The notes under the pieces were generated by a model. It made no database searches and was not told the DNA's origin. It was given only the letters and a program-made list of their open reading frames with translations. DNA of 64,000 nt from Podarcis erhardii (lineage: Eukaryota), in NCBI GenBank assembly GCA_964252035.1, contig OZ176200.1; one strand, 5' to 3'. Positions 13,501 through 25,500 of the stretch are shown here, in pieces. Position numbers and translations under genes: made by a program. The stretch's first letter is position 1; every line of letters starts with the position of its first letter.

Positions 13501-16500
13501 GACCCCGAGAAAGTTGTGCATCAGACTTTAACATTATTTCCCCTTCTCCTTCCATAGGATACTTTTATTATATTATCTAAGCAGGAAAGCATACATTAGA
13601 ACAATTTTCCAACTTACTCGCTCAGAATTATATCGCAAACAGGGGAAGGTTTGCAAGGTACTGCTGGTGTTGGTGTGACAGGAAGTACTGTTTTGTTTTT
13701 GCAGTAGTTCTTCTTCTCATCATCGACTTTCCAATGGGGAGCCATGTAGGGACAACTAGTTATCTCGCCAGTTGGTAAGCGACATTCATCTTTTCTGTCA
13801 TTTGTACAGGTACCTGGGGAAAAACAAAACAGAATCAGAACAGAATTGAAGGTAGAGAGTTTTATATATTTGCAACAAACTACGCAGTGTTTTGCATTCA
13901 GTGCGATGCTAGAATCACTGAAATACATAACATTTAAATCATGCTATTGATTGAAGAAACATTCTCCTTTCTTTTGAAGCAAATGTTGTGCTATTCCATT
14001 CTGAGTTTTCTCCTTCTCAAAATTTTCAGCAGTATCCAGGATACCTGGCAACCAGGATTTGGGGGGAAATAAATGAGATTTTGAGGAGGAGGGGCAGTCA
14101 AACAGAGAAACCAAGGTGCTTTTTTGAAAACAACAAAAGTGAAACTAAAATGAAAAACATGGTTCTGACTTAACTTTAAATTGGTAATTGGTTCCAAAGA
14201 GTGAACCAATGGTTGACGGAACAACATGGATTTTCGTGGGAGTAAAGCATTATTTTCCCTTACCACACTGTCCTTCGGTGTTGTTGCCAAATTTGCTATA
14301 TGGAAGTTTTATTGAGAAGATCAAACCGCTGAAGGTGATGACAGCCCCAAGCTCAGGAATCTCAACTACCATGTTGACACCAACCATGGAGACAAAAATG
14401 CCATCTTTCTGGAAGCCTGGGTTGACAATCTTACCATCGAAGTAGATCTGTAAATGAGATTAATGTTGCAACAATGAGGAACTCTCTTTGCTTTGCTATG
14501 CTTTTTTAAAAAGTAATTTATCTACTTTTGTAGATATGTTGTTAAATTATTTATTATGGAATTTATATTCCACTTGCTCTACAAAAATAAACTTAAAGTA
14601 CATGAATTGAGTCTACACAAACAGCACTTCTGCATCCACATAAGATGTTTGACAATTTCCCCTTCTTGTGATAGCCTACTGTGTCTCAAGGAATACCACT
14701 GCACAGGGTCCCTTGAATGTCTAAGAAGGAAAGGAGGAGTGTGATTGTGTTAGGAATTGTGAGACTGAAAATTACTTTGAATCCCAGTCTTGCTGTGCTA
14801 TTTAATATGTACAATGCTGCTTTTCACAGCTGACACACAGTTCAGATTTTTGTTCACAAAACGTGTTGTTCACATTTTATCTGACTCCTTGTGTCCCTAA
14901 ACTAATCTAATGTAAGTGAGTTGACTTGCACATAGCCTTTTTAGAGTTGACCATAACTAATCTAGGAGAGATTTCACTCTGTTGAAGATCAATAACATTT
15001 TCTAATAAGAATGAGACAGCAGTGTTTTAACTTCAGAAATCTACATTTCTGATCTTGCAGTAAATTTCTGATTTCTCAGATGGGGGTAGAAATATAGGAC
15101 AGGCTTACCCATGCATGTTCATCATCTGAAGACTCAGTCCTCATGTAACCCAGGGACTATAACCCCCATCAACCTCAGGCAGGACCAGATGAGTGAAGGC
15201 TGCTATACAGTACACCTACTGAAAATTCTAAGACATAGCTAATCATTTTCTCTTGAGTGTGGGCTTTGTCTTGGGTTTCCCTTTACTCACTAAAGTAAAT
15301 ATGCCTAGCTCCTTCAGTCCTGTTGCATTTTCTATAAAATAATACATCAAAAGAAGCAATTCAAGTAGTGTACATATTTATTTATTTTTTACCTTGTTAG
15401 CTTCCACACCATCAAAGAGTTTGCGGGTTAGCACTACCACTGAAGTTTTGTAGTAAACAATGATAGACTGAGGGCATGAAAGTCCATCTTCAGCATCACA
15501 GAAGTAATTATCAATTAGAATCCTGAAGTTGTCGTATTTAGGTGTAATCTGCTGCACCAACACATATGTGCAGTTGTCCAGGAAAGTGTAGTACGTTCCA
15601 TCAAATGTGATATAGTGAGGATCACCCCAGCCGCTACAAACACCTGATAAATTAGAGGGGGAGATGTTAACCATTAGGACTTAAGTTAGACTTTAAGAAA
15701 AGCATAAATGACTCAAACAAGAGTATGTTTGAGGTAATGTTTGCAACATGAAAACGGAGTCATGAGTGCTTCTTTAGAGATTTATTTTCACTCACATTCG
15801 CATTCATAGTGATAACAGCAGCCATCTTCACTGAAGACTTTGATTGGTGGGTACCCATTTTCACAAACAATATTCCTCACTGGTGGACACTGTACTTGCT
15901 TTACAGAAATTTTATTGTTTCCCTCACAAGTTGATACGGTGCAGTTCGATACCCATTTGTCGCCAGTCTGTGAAGAGAAAGACATTGTTGCCACTGGCAC
16001 ATAAAGTTAGGCCCAGCTAAGCTTTATGTACAGTTTTATATATAACTGATAGGCATTTCTTCTTTGGTTCCTGCTTATTTATACCATTTATACATGTACA
16101 AGTGAATGCATCCTACTTCAGAAATCTGGTATCTAGTTTTCTTCAGCACCAACCAATCAGAGGTTAACCATAGAAGCTTTGCATCTACATCAAGGATGGG
16201 GAACCTGTGGCTCTCAAGATGTTGCTGGACTCCATCTCCCATCAGCTAGCATGGTCAATGGTCAGGGATGGTTGCAGTTGTAGCCCAATAGAATCTGGAG
16301 GGCTAAAGGTCTCCAGCACTTGGTCATTTTGATGCTGCCACCTGTCAAATATTGTCCGGTACTAAGCACTATTGCCTATTATTGAACTATCATTATCAAA
16401 TATTTGCGGTGGTATCCAATGCACGTGTTCCATGAGTGAAAGGATTTCTACTTGCACACACTCCCCCCCTCTCCTCATCCCATGGTCACCTTCCCCAAAT

Positions 16501-19500
16501 CCATCCAGGTCGGCAGGTAGGGGTTTGGCAAGAGAAGAGGGAGGGAAAGTACTGTTGTGCAGCCAAAAGTCATTGCACTGGCAGAATGAGTGTGCTGAAT
16601 ACTGCCCTTTACACCACTGGAATGACAGTTATTGAATATTATTAATAAAACAAATTGGGTTGTATCCAATTAAACTTTAGAGTAGTCCCATTGAAATTAA
16701 TGGACCTATATTAGTCATATCTATGAATTTTGGCATGTGTAGTCTGGGTCTACTGTGCAAAACTCCTTAATCCTGCTATATTTTTTGCTACGTTCTATGT
16801 ACAAAGTCATAAATAATTTCTGGTTCCTTGGTTTATTCCACCTGTCTTAGTTTGTTTTTGTTTCATTTAACATCTCCTCCAAGGCTGTATCAAGTGATTT
16901 TAACACAGGCTACTGCACATACCTTTTCTGCCCCATTGGCCCCCAGCAAATACTGTTAAATATTAAATACTATTGCATATCAGCTACCACGGCACAGTTA
17001 AATAACAAATATAGTTTGGTGAATATTCAGCAAATTTCCAAGAATACCCTGTTAATAATAATAACAACAACGTAGTCCTGTAAATGCCTCTTTGGAAGTA
17101 AGTCCCACCGAAACACATTTCCAGCTATGTGTGGACTGGATTATCGTCTAAGTGACATTAAGATTTGCAGAGCCACTCAAGGCCACAGAGTCTGGGCATT
17201 CCCCTGCTAAAGTATTCTTGTGAGGTCCAAGCACTTCCAGGCACCTGGTTATGAAGCCTCAGCCTATGTATCTCCTCAGCCCGACAACCGCTTGTCACAT
17301 GACAGATATTAAAATACCTGGATAGTCACTGGGCAACCTAGGCAACCCATTTACTGGATTTCCCAAGAGCACCTCTGCCTTGGACTTTTTGAATGCACAT
17401 GCTAAACCCTCATCATGGGGGGTGGGAACACCTTAGCAAATATTATATTAAAAGCCCCCAAAATTATGACATGTGGGGGAATCATGCAGAACTGATCTAG
17501 AGGCAATTTCTTCCTACACAATAAAGAGAGAAAACCCACCACTATTCCCACACCTGTACTGCACAAATAAGAGGGCTCACTTGATACAAAGTTTGAAAAT
17601 GTCCCCACCCCCAGGACTGGAGCACTCAGGTTTGGAGCTGGTAAAACTTCATGGATAACTGGAGTTACACCCCTACACAGCATTCAGGTGAATGCAAACC
17701 TAACCACGAACCAGCCAAGAGATAAGCACTGTGAAGAAGTAAGGCTAATCCCTGTTGCCCTATTGAGTATTTCCAGGTACCCAACCTGTAGCTTTCTGTG
17801 CATCAACTTCCAAATGGAAAACATTATTTCAAATCAAGATGAAAAGAGATTGGTACCTGTAAGGGTGGTTTAGCATCTGGGCATCCAGGTTGCTCAGTGG
17901 TGGTAGTTGTAGTGGCAATGGTAGTAGTGGGGCTGGGGGTTGTGACAACAACTGTCGGAGTGGGTTTTGGTGTTGTTAGTTTGCATGGACCTTTGGATCT
18001 CTCAACAGAACATGTTTTACTACAAACAGCGGTGAAAAGGCAACCATCACTGTCTGTTTTATTGTAAATCGTTTCACCTACAAAAGGGAATCAAAGAGTT
18101 AGACTGTAAATATTTCTAACATACAAAGTAGTAGCACAAATTAATGAAAGAATAATGAACAATGGGCTGTATTAAAGAAAGGAGGGTTTAGCAAAAATGT
18201 GGAAAAAATATGCAAATGAATCCATAAGCAATATTATTTTTATAATTTTAAGTAAAAATGATGTGCAAAGTCCATAGAAATCTACATTGGTTACTTACCA
18301 CGTCTGTAAATGGTTTCATTAATCTTGCAGAAACAGGCAGTTGGTGTTACTGGTACTGTCGTGGTTGGGATGGTTGTAGGTGGGCAACGTGGGTTTACTT
18401 CACAGCACAACACCCGTATCTCATAATTCAAGCACTGCCTGAATTTTCCAATTTGCTCATCATTCTTGCAAACCAGTCCAGAATCAACATTACACTCAAC
18501 TTTCTGACCAAGCTGGTCAAGGCGGAGGTCAGGGTGATTTTCAGCCCTGCACTGGATGTTTGATGGCTTGGCACAGATTTTCCCTCCTACAGCCCGGATT
18601 TTGTTATATGTCTCAATGTCACCCCCGTTTGGTCCAGAAGTGGGATAGTCAACATCAAACCACTCGGTCCAGTGACATATAGGTCCACAAGTTGTTGTTT
18701 CTGGAGAGGTGGTAGTTGTCTCGGAAGTGGTGGTGGTGACTGGCACAGTGGTTGTGGGCAAGGTGGTTGTGCTTACTGGCCGAGGTGTGGTGGTTGTCGT
18801 TGTTGGTTGTGTTGTGGTGGTTTTGGGTACTGTAGTTGTTAATGGTGTTGTGGTTGTTGTTTCTGGAGCTGTCGTGGTTGGTTTGGGAGTGGTGGTGGTT
18901 GGGATGGTTGTAGGTGGGCAACGTGGGTTTTCTTCACAGCACAACACCCGTATCTCATAATTCAAGCACTGCTTAAATTTCCCAATTTGCTCATCATTCT
19001 TGCACACCAGTCCAGAATCAACATTACACTCGACAACTTGACCAACCTGGTCAAGGCGGAGGTCAGGGTCATTTTCAGCCCTGCACTGGATGTTTGATGG
19101 TTTGGCACAGATCTTCTCTCCTGCATCACGGATCTTGTTATATGTCTCAATGTCACCCCCGTTTGGTCCGGAAGTGGGATAGTCAACATCAAACCACTCG
19201 GTCCAGTGACATATAGGTCCACAAGTTGTTGTTTCTGGAGAGGTGGTAGTCGTCTCGGTAGTTGTGGTGGTGACTGGCACAGTGGTTGTGGGCAAGGTGG
19301 TTGTACTTACTGGCCGAGGTGTGGTGGTGGTGGTGGTTGTCGTTGTTGGTTGTGTTGTGGTGGTTTTTGGTGCTGTAGTTGTTACTGGTGTGGTGGTGGT
19401 TGTTTCTGGAGCTGTCGTGGTTGGTTTGGGAGTGGTGGTGGTTGGGATGGTTGTAGGTGGGCAACGTGGGTTTTCTTCACAGCACAACACCCGTATCTCA

Positions 19501-22500
19501 TAATTCAAGCACTGCTTAAATTTCCCAATTTGCTCATCATTCTTGCACACCAGTCCAGAATCAACATTACACTCGACAACTTGACCAACCTGGTCAAGGC
19601 GGAGGTCAGGGTCATTTTCAGCCCTGCACTGGATGTTTGATGGTTTGGCACAGATCTTCTCTCCTGCATCACGGATCTTGTTATATGTCTCAATGTCACC
19701 CCCGTTTGGTCCGGAAGTGGGATAGTCAACATCAAACCACTCGGTCCAGTGACATATAGGTCCACAAGTTGTTGTTTCTGGAGAGGTGGTAGTCGTCTCG
19801 GTAGTTGTGGTGGTGACTGGCACAGTGGTTGTGGGCAAGGTGGTTGTACTTACTGGCCGAGGTGTGGTGGTGGTGGTGGTTGTCGTTGTTGGTTGTGTTG
19901 TGGTGGTTTTTGGTGCTGTAGTTGTTACTGGTGTGGTGGTGGTTGTTTCTGGAGCTGTCGTGGTTGGTTTGGGAGTGGTGGTGGTTGGGATGGTTGTAGG
20001 TGGGCAACGTGGGTTTTCTTCACAGCACAACACCCGTATCTCATAATTCAAGCACTGCCTGATTTTCCCAATTTGCTCATCATTCTTGCAAACCAGTCCA
20101 GAATCAACATTACACTCAACAACTTGACCAACCTGGTCAAGGCGGAGGTCAGGGTCATTTTCAGCCCTGCACTGGATGTTTGATGGTTTGGCACAGATCT
20201 TCTCTCCTGCATCACGGATCTTGTTATATGTCTCAATGTCACCCCCGTTTGGTCCAGAAGTCGGATAGTCAACATCAAACCACTCGGTCCAGTGACATAT
20301 AGGTCCACAAGTTGTTGTTTCTGGAGAGGTGGTAGTCGTCTCGGTAGTTGTGGTGGTGACTGGCACAGTGGTTGTAGGCAAGGTGGTTGTACTTACTGGC
20401 CGAGGTGTGGTGGTGGTGGTGGTGGTTGTCGTTGTTGGTTGTGTTGTGGTGGTTTTTGGTGCTGTAGTTGTTACTGGTGTGGTGGTTGTTGTTTCTGGAG
20501 CTGTCGTGGTTGGTTTGGGAGTGGTGGTGGTTGGGATGGTTGTAGGTGGGCAACGTGGGTTTTCTTCACAGCACAACACCCGTATCTCATAATTCAAGCA
20601 CTGCTTAAATTTCCCAATTTGCTCATCATTCTTGCACACCAGTCCAGAATCAACATTACACTCGACAACTTGACCAAGCTGGTCAAGGCGGAGGTCAGGG
20701 TCATTTTCAGCCCTGCACTGGATGTTTGATGGTTTGGCACAGATCTTCTCTCCTGCATCACGAATCTTGTTATATGTCTCAATGTCACCCCCGTTTGGTC
20801 CGGAAGTGGGATAGTCAACATCAAACCACTCGGTCCAGTGACATATAGGTCCACAAGTTGTTGTTTCTGGAGAGGTGGTAGTTGTCTCGGAAGTGGTGGT
20901 GGTGACTGGCACAGTGGTTGTGGGCAAGGTGGTTGTACTTACTGGCCGAGGTGTGGTGGTGGTGGTTGTCGTTGTTGGTTGTGTTGTGGTGGTTTTTGGT
21001 GCTGTAGTTGTTACTGGTGTGGTGGTGGTTGTTTCTGGAGCTGTCGTGGTTGGTTTGGGAGTGGTGGTGGTTGGGATGGTTGTAGGTGGGCAACGTGGGT
21101 TTTCTTCACAGCACAACACCCGTATCTCATAATTCAAGCACTGCCTGATTTTCCCAATTTGCTCATCATTCTTGCAAACCAGTCCAGAATCAACATTACA
21201 CTCAACTTTCTGACCAACCTGGTCAAGGCTGAGGCCAGGGTGATTTTCAGCCCTGCACTGGATGTTTGATGGCTTGGCACAGATCTTCCCTCCTGCAGCA
21301 CGGATCTTGTTATATGTCTCAATGTCACCCCCGTTTGGTCCAGAAGTCGGATAGTCAACATCAAACCAGTCTGTCCACTGACATATAGGTCCACAGGTTG
21401 TTGTTTCTGGAGAGGTGGTAGTCGTCTCGGTAGTTGTGGTGGTGATTGGTACAGTGGTCGTGGGCAAGGTGGTTGTGCTTACTGGCCGAGGTGTAGTGGT
21501 GGTGGTGGTTGTCGTTGTTGGTTGCGTTGTGGTTGTTTTGGGTGCTGTAGTTGTTACTGGTGTGGTGGTGGTTGTTTCTGGAGCTGTAGTGGTTGGTTTC
21601 GGAGTGGTGGTGGTGGTGGTTGTCGTCGTTGGCTGTGTTGTGGTGGTTTTGGGTGCTGTAGTTGTTACTGGTGTCGTGGTGGTTGTTTCTGGAGCTGTAG
21701 TGGTGGGTTTGGGAGTGGTGGTGGTTGTCGTTGTTGGTTGTGTTGTGGTGGTTTTGGGTGCTGTAGTTGTTACTGGTGTGGTGGTGGTTGTTTCTGGAGC
21801 TGTCGTGGTTGGTTTGGGAGTGGTGGTGGTTGGGATGGTTGTAGGTGGGCAACGTGGGTTTTCTTCACAGCACAACACCCGTATCTCATAATTCAAGCAC
21901 TGCCTGATTTTCCCAATTTGCTCATCATTCTTGCAAACCAGTCCAGAATCAACATTACACTCAACTTTCTGACCAACCTGGTCAAGGCTGAGGCCAGGGT
22001 GATTTTCAGCCCTGCACTGGATGTTTGATGGCTTGGCACAGATTTTCCCTCCTGCAGCACGGATTTTGTTATATGTCTCAATGTCACCCCCGTTTGGTCC
22101 AGAAGTCGGATAGTCAACATCAAACCAGTCTGTCCACTGACATATAGGTCCACAGGTTGTTGTTTCTGGAGAGGTGGTAGTCGTCTCGGTAGTTGTGGTG
22201 GTGATTGGTACAGTGGTTGTGGGCAAGGTGGTTGTGCTTACTGGCCGAGGTGTAGTGGTGGTGGTGGTTGTCGTTGTTGGTTGCGTTGTGGTTGTTTTGG
22301 GTGCTGTAGTTGTTACTGGTGTGGTGGTGGTTGTTTCTGGAGCTGTAGTGGTTGGTTTCGGAGTGGTGGTGGTGGTGGTTGTCGTCATTGGCTGTGTTGT
22401 GGTGGTTTTGGGTGCTGTAGTTGTTACTGGTGTCGTGGTGGTTGTTTCTGGAGCTGTAGTGGTGGGTTTGGGAGTGGTGGTGGTTGTCGTTGTTGGTTGT

Positions 22501-25500
22501 GTTGTGGTGGTTTTGGGTGCTGTAGTTGTTACTGGTGTGGTGGTGGTTGTTTCTGGAGCTGTCGTGGTTGGTTTGGGAGTGGTGGTGGTTGGGATGGTTG
22601 TAGGTGGGCAACGTGGGTTTACTTCACAGCACAACACCCGTATCTCATAATTCAAGCACTGCCTGATATTCCCAATTTGCTCATCATTCTTGCAAACCAG
22701 TCCAGAATCAACATTACACTCAACTTTCTGACCAACCTGGTCAAGGCTGAGGCCAGGGTGATTTTCAGCCCTGCACTGGATGTTTGATGGCTTGGCACAG
22801 ATCTTCCCTCCTGCAGCACGGATCTTGTTATATGTCTCAATGTCACCCCCGTTTGGTCCAGAAGTCGGATAGTCAACATCAAACCAGTCTGTCCAGTGAC
22901 ATATAGGTCCACAGGTTGTTGTTTCTGGAGAGGTGGTAGTCGTCTCGGTAGTTGTGGTGGTGATTGGTACAGTGGTCGTGGGCAAGGTGGTTGTGCTTAC
23001 GGGTCGAGGTGTGGTGGTGGTGGTTGTCGTTGTTGGTTGTGTTGTGGTGGTTTTTGGTGCTGTAGTTGTTACTAGTGTTGTGGTTGTTGTTTCTGGAGCA
23101 GTAGTGGTTTGTTTAGGAGTGGTGGTTGTTGTTGTTGTTGGTTGCGTTGTGGTGGTTTTGGGTGCTGTAGTTGTTACTGGTGTCGTGGTGGTTGTTTCTG
23201 GAGCTGTAGTGGTGGGTTTGGGAGTGGTGGTGGTTGTCGTTGTTGGTTGTGTTGTGGTGGTTTTGGGTGCTGTAGTTGTTACTGGTGTGGTGGTGGTTGT
23301 TTCTGGAGCAGTAGTGGTTGGTTTGGGAGTGGTGGTGGTTGGGATGGTTGTAGGTGGGCAACGTGGGTTTACTTCACAGCACAACACCCGTATCTCATAA
23401 TTCAAGCACTGCTTGAATTTCCCAATTTGCTCATTATTCCTGCAAACTAGTCCAGAGTCAACATTACACTCTACTATCTGATCGAGTTGGTCAAGGCTGA
23501 GATCAGGGTGATTTTCAGCCCTGCACTGGATATTTGATGGCTTGGCACAGATCTTGCCACCCGCATCTCGGATGTTGTTATATGTCTCAATGTCACCCCC
23601 ATTAGGTCCAGAAGTGGGATAGTCAACATCAAACCAGTTGGTCCACTGACATATAGGTCCACAAGTTGTTGTTTCTGGAGAGGTGGTAGTCATCTCGGTA
23701 GTTGTTGTGGTGACTGGGACAGTGGTCGTGGGCAAGGTGGTTGTGCTTACTGGCTGAGGTGTGGTGGTTGGTGTCGTTGTTGGCTGTTTTGTAGTGGTTT
23801 TGGGTTCTGTAGTTGTTACTGGTGTGGTGGTGGTCGTTTCTGGAGCTGTAGTGGTTGGTTTGGGAGTGGTGGTGGCACTGGTGGTTGTCACCATTGTAGT
23901 CCTTTCTGGTGTCATTCTAGGCAAAGTCGTGCTTACTACCACAGGTGTGGTGGTTGCTTTTGTTGTTGTGATGACACTGGTGGTTGTTTCCGTTGTCTGT
24001 GTTGTGGTGGTTTGCAATTTTGTAGTTGTTGCTGGCTTCGTTGTTGTAACTTCAGTTGTTGGCTTAGTTTTTGGTGTTTCAGGTTTTGTAGTAATTAATG
24101 GTGTTGTCCTTGTTGTGACTTTTGTTGTTTGTAGAGGTTTAGTTGTGATTGATGTTGTTCCATTTAGTAGCGGTGCTTTTGATGGCTGTGTAGTTGTCTG
24201 AGTTCGTGTAATAATAGTCTTTTCTTTGGTAGTAGTTATTGGTGTTGATGCTGTTATGGTTGTTTTGCTGGTGGTCGTTGTTTGTGAGGTTGTAGTTAAA
24301 GCCTTTGTAGTTGTTAGTGGTCTGGTTGTTGGACATGGTACAATTATTTTTTCACAGCATTCAATTCTTATCTCATAATTATAGCAAATTGGTGGAAGTT
24401 GTTCTTTGTTGTAACATATGAGTCCTTCTGTTTTACTACAAGTAACTTTTTGCTCTAATTCATTTAGTGGTGTATCAGGATATCTTTCTGCTCTGCATTC
24501 AACATTTTTTGGTGCCTTACAGACTTTGTATCCTTTGGCTCTTATATTCTTAAATGTATCAAAATCTCCATCATCTGGTGCGGATCCTGGGTAACTTATA
24601 TCATACCACTGTGACCATTCACAAACTTCCTTAGTACATTGTTCAGGTGTCGAAGGGGCTGTTGTTGAAATTGTTGTCGTTTCTAAACTTTTTGTTGTCT
24701 CTGGAACAGTTGTCACTGTTGTTGGTGACTGTGTTGTAGTTGGAGGTGTTGTGGTTAGTGTTGTTGCTTCAGATGTAGTTGACACTATGGTTGTACCTTT
24801 TGTTGTAATTTGTGAGGTTGTTGATGTAGTTGTTGACACAGTTGGATGTGTTGTTTCTTTTGTTGTGGGTGTGGTTATAATTTTAGTTGTAGAAGGTGTT
24901 GTTTCAGTTGTAGTTTCTGGAATTGTAGTGGATGTTGTGGCTGTAGTAGTTGTGGTTGTAGATTTAGTAGTAGACGGTGTGGTTGTGACTGTTGTTGTTT
25001 TTGGCTTAGTTGTCACTATTGATGTAGATGTTGTTTCTGGAGTTGTACTAGTAACTGTGGTAGTTACTGAAACAGTACTTGTGCTTGCTGTTGTAGTTTC
25101 TGGAGTGGTAGTTAAGCAGTCAGTATAACAGCAGTATACTTTGATCTGATAGTTATAACACATCTGCAAGATTCCTGACTGTTCTTCATTTTTGCAGACA
25201 AAGCCAAATGTCACATTGCACTGAACAGTTTGTCCAATTTCATCAATAGATTTCTCTGGATATTTCTCTGCCCTGCATTCTATACGTTCAGGTTTTTGGC
25301 ATATATCTTTTCCTGCAGCCTTAATGATGTCGTATGTTTCAAAATCCCCTTTGTTGTCCAAAGTGGGAAAGTGCACATCGTACCATTCAGTCCATTTACA
25401 TGTGAGTTTACAAGGTGTTGGCCGTGGTATTTCTGTTGTGGTTGCTGGGGTTGTAGTTGAGATGCTAGTTGTTTCGGTTACTACAGTTGTGGTAGGTGGT

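Noticed and set aside
18340-23880. CRISPR-like repeat/spacer pattern
   Set aside because: Eukaryotic coding tandem repeat with near-identical spacers and no cas genes
18258-25460. Dozens of Val-, Gly/Cys- or His/Asn-rich ORFs on the plus strand and in alternative minus frames
   Set aside because: Predictable shadows of ACN/CCN codon repeats in exon 31; they recur with the array period and have no independent splice or promoter evidence
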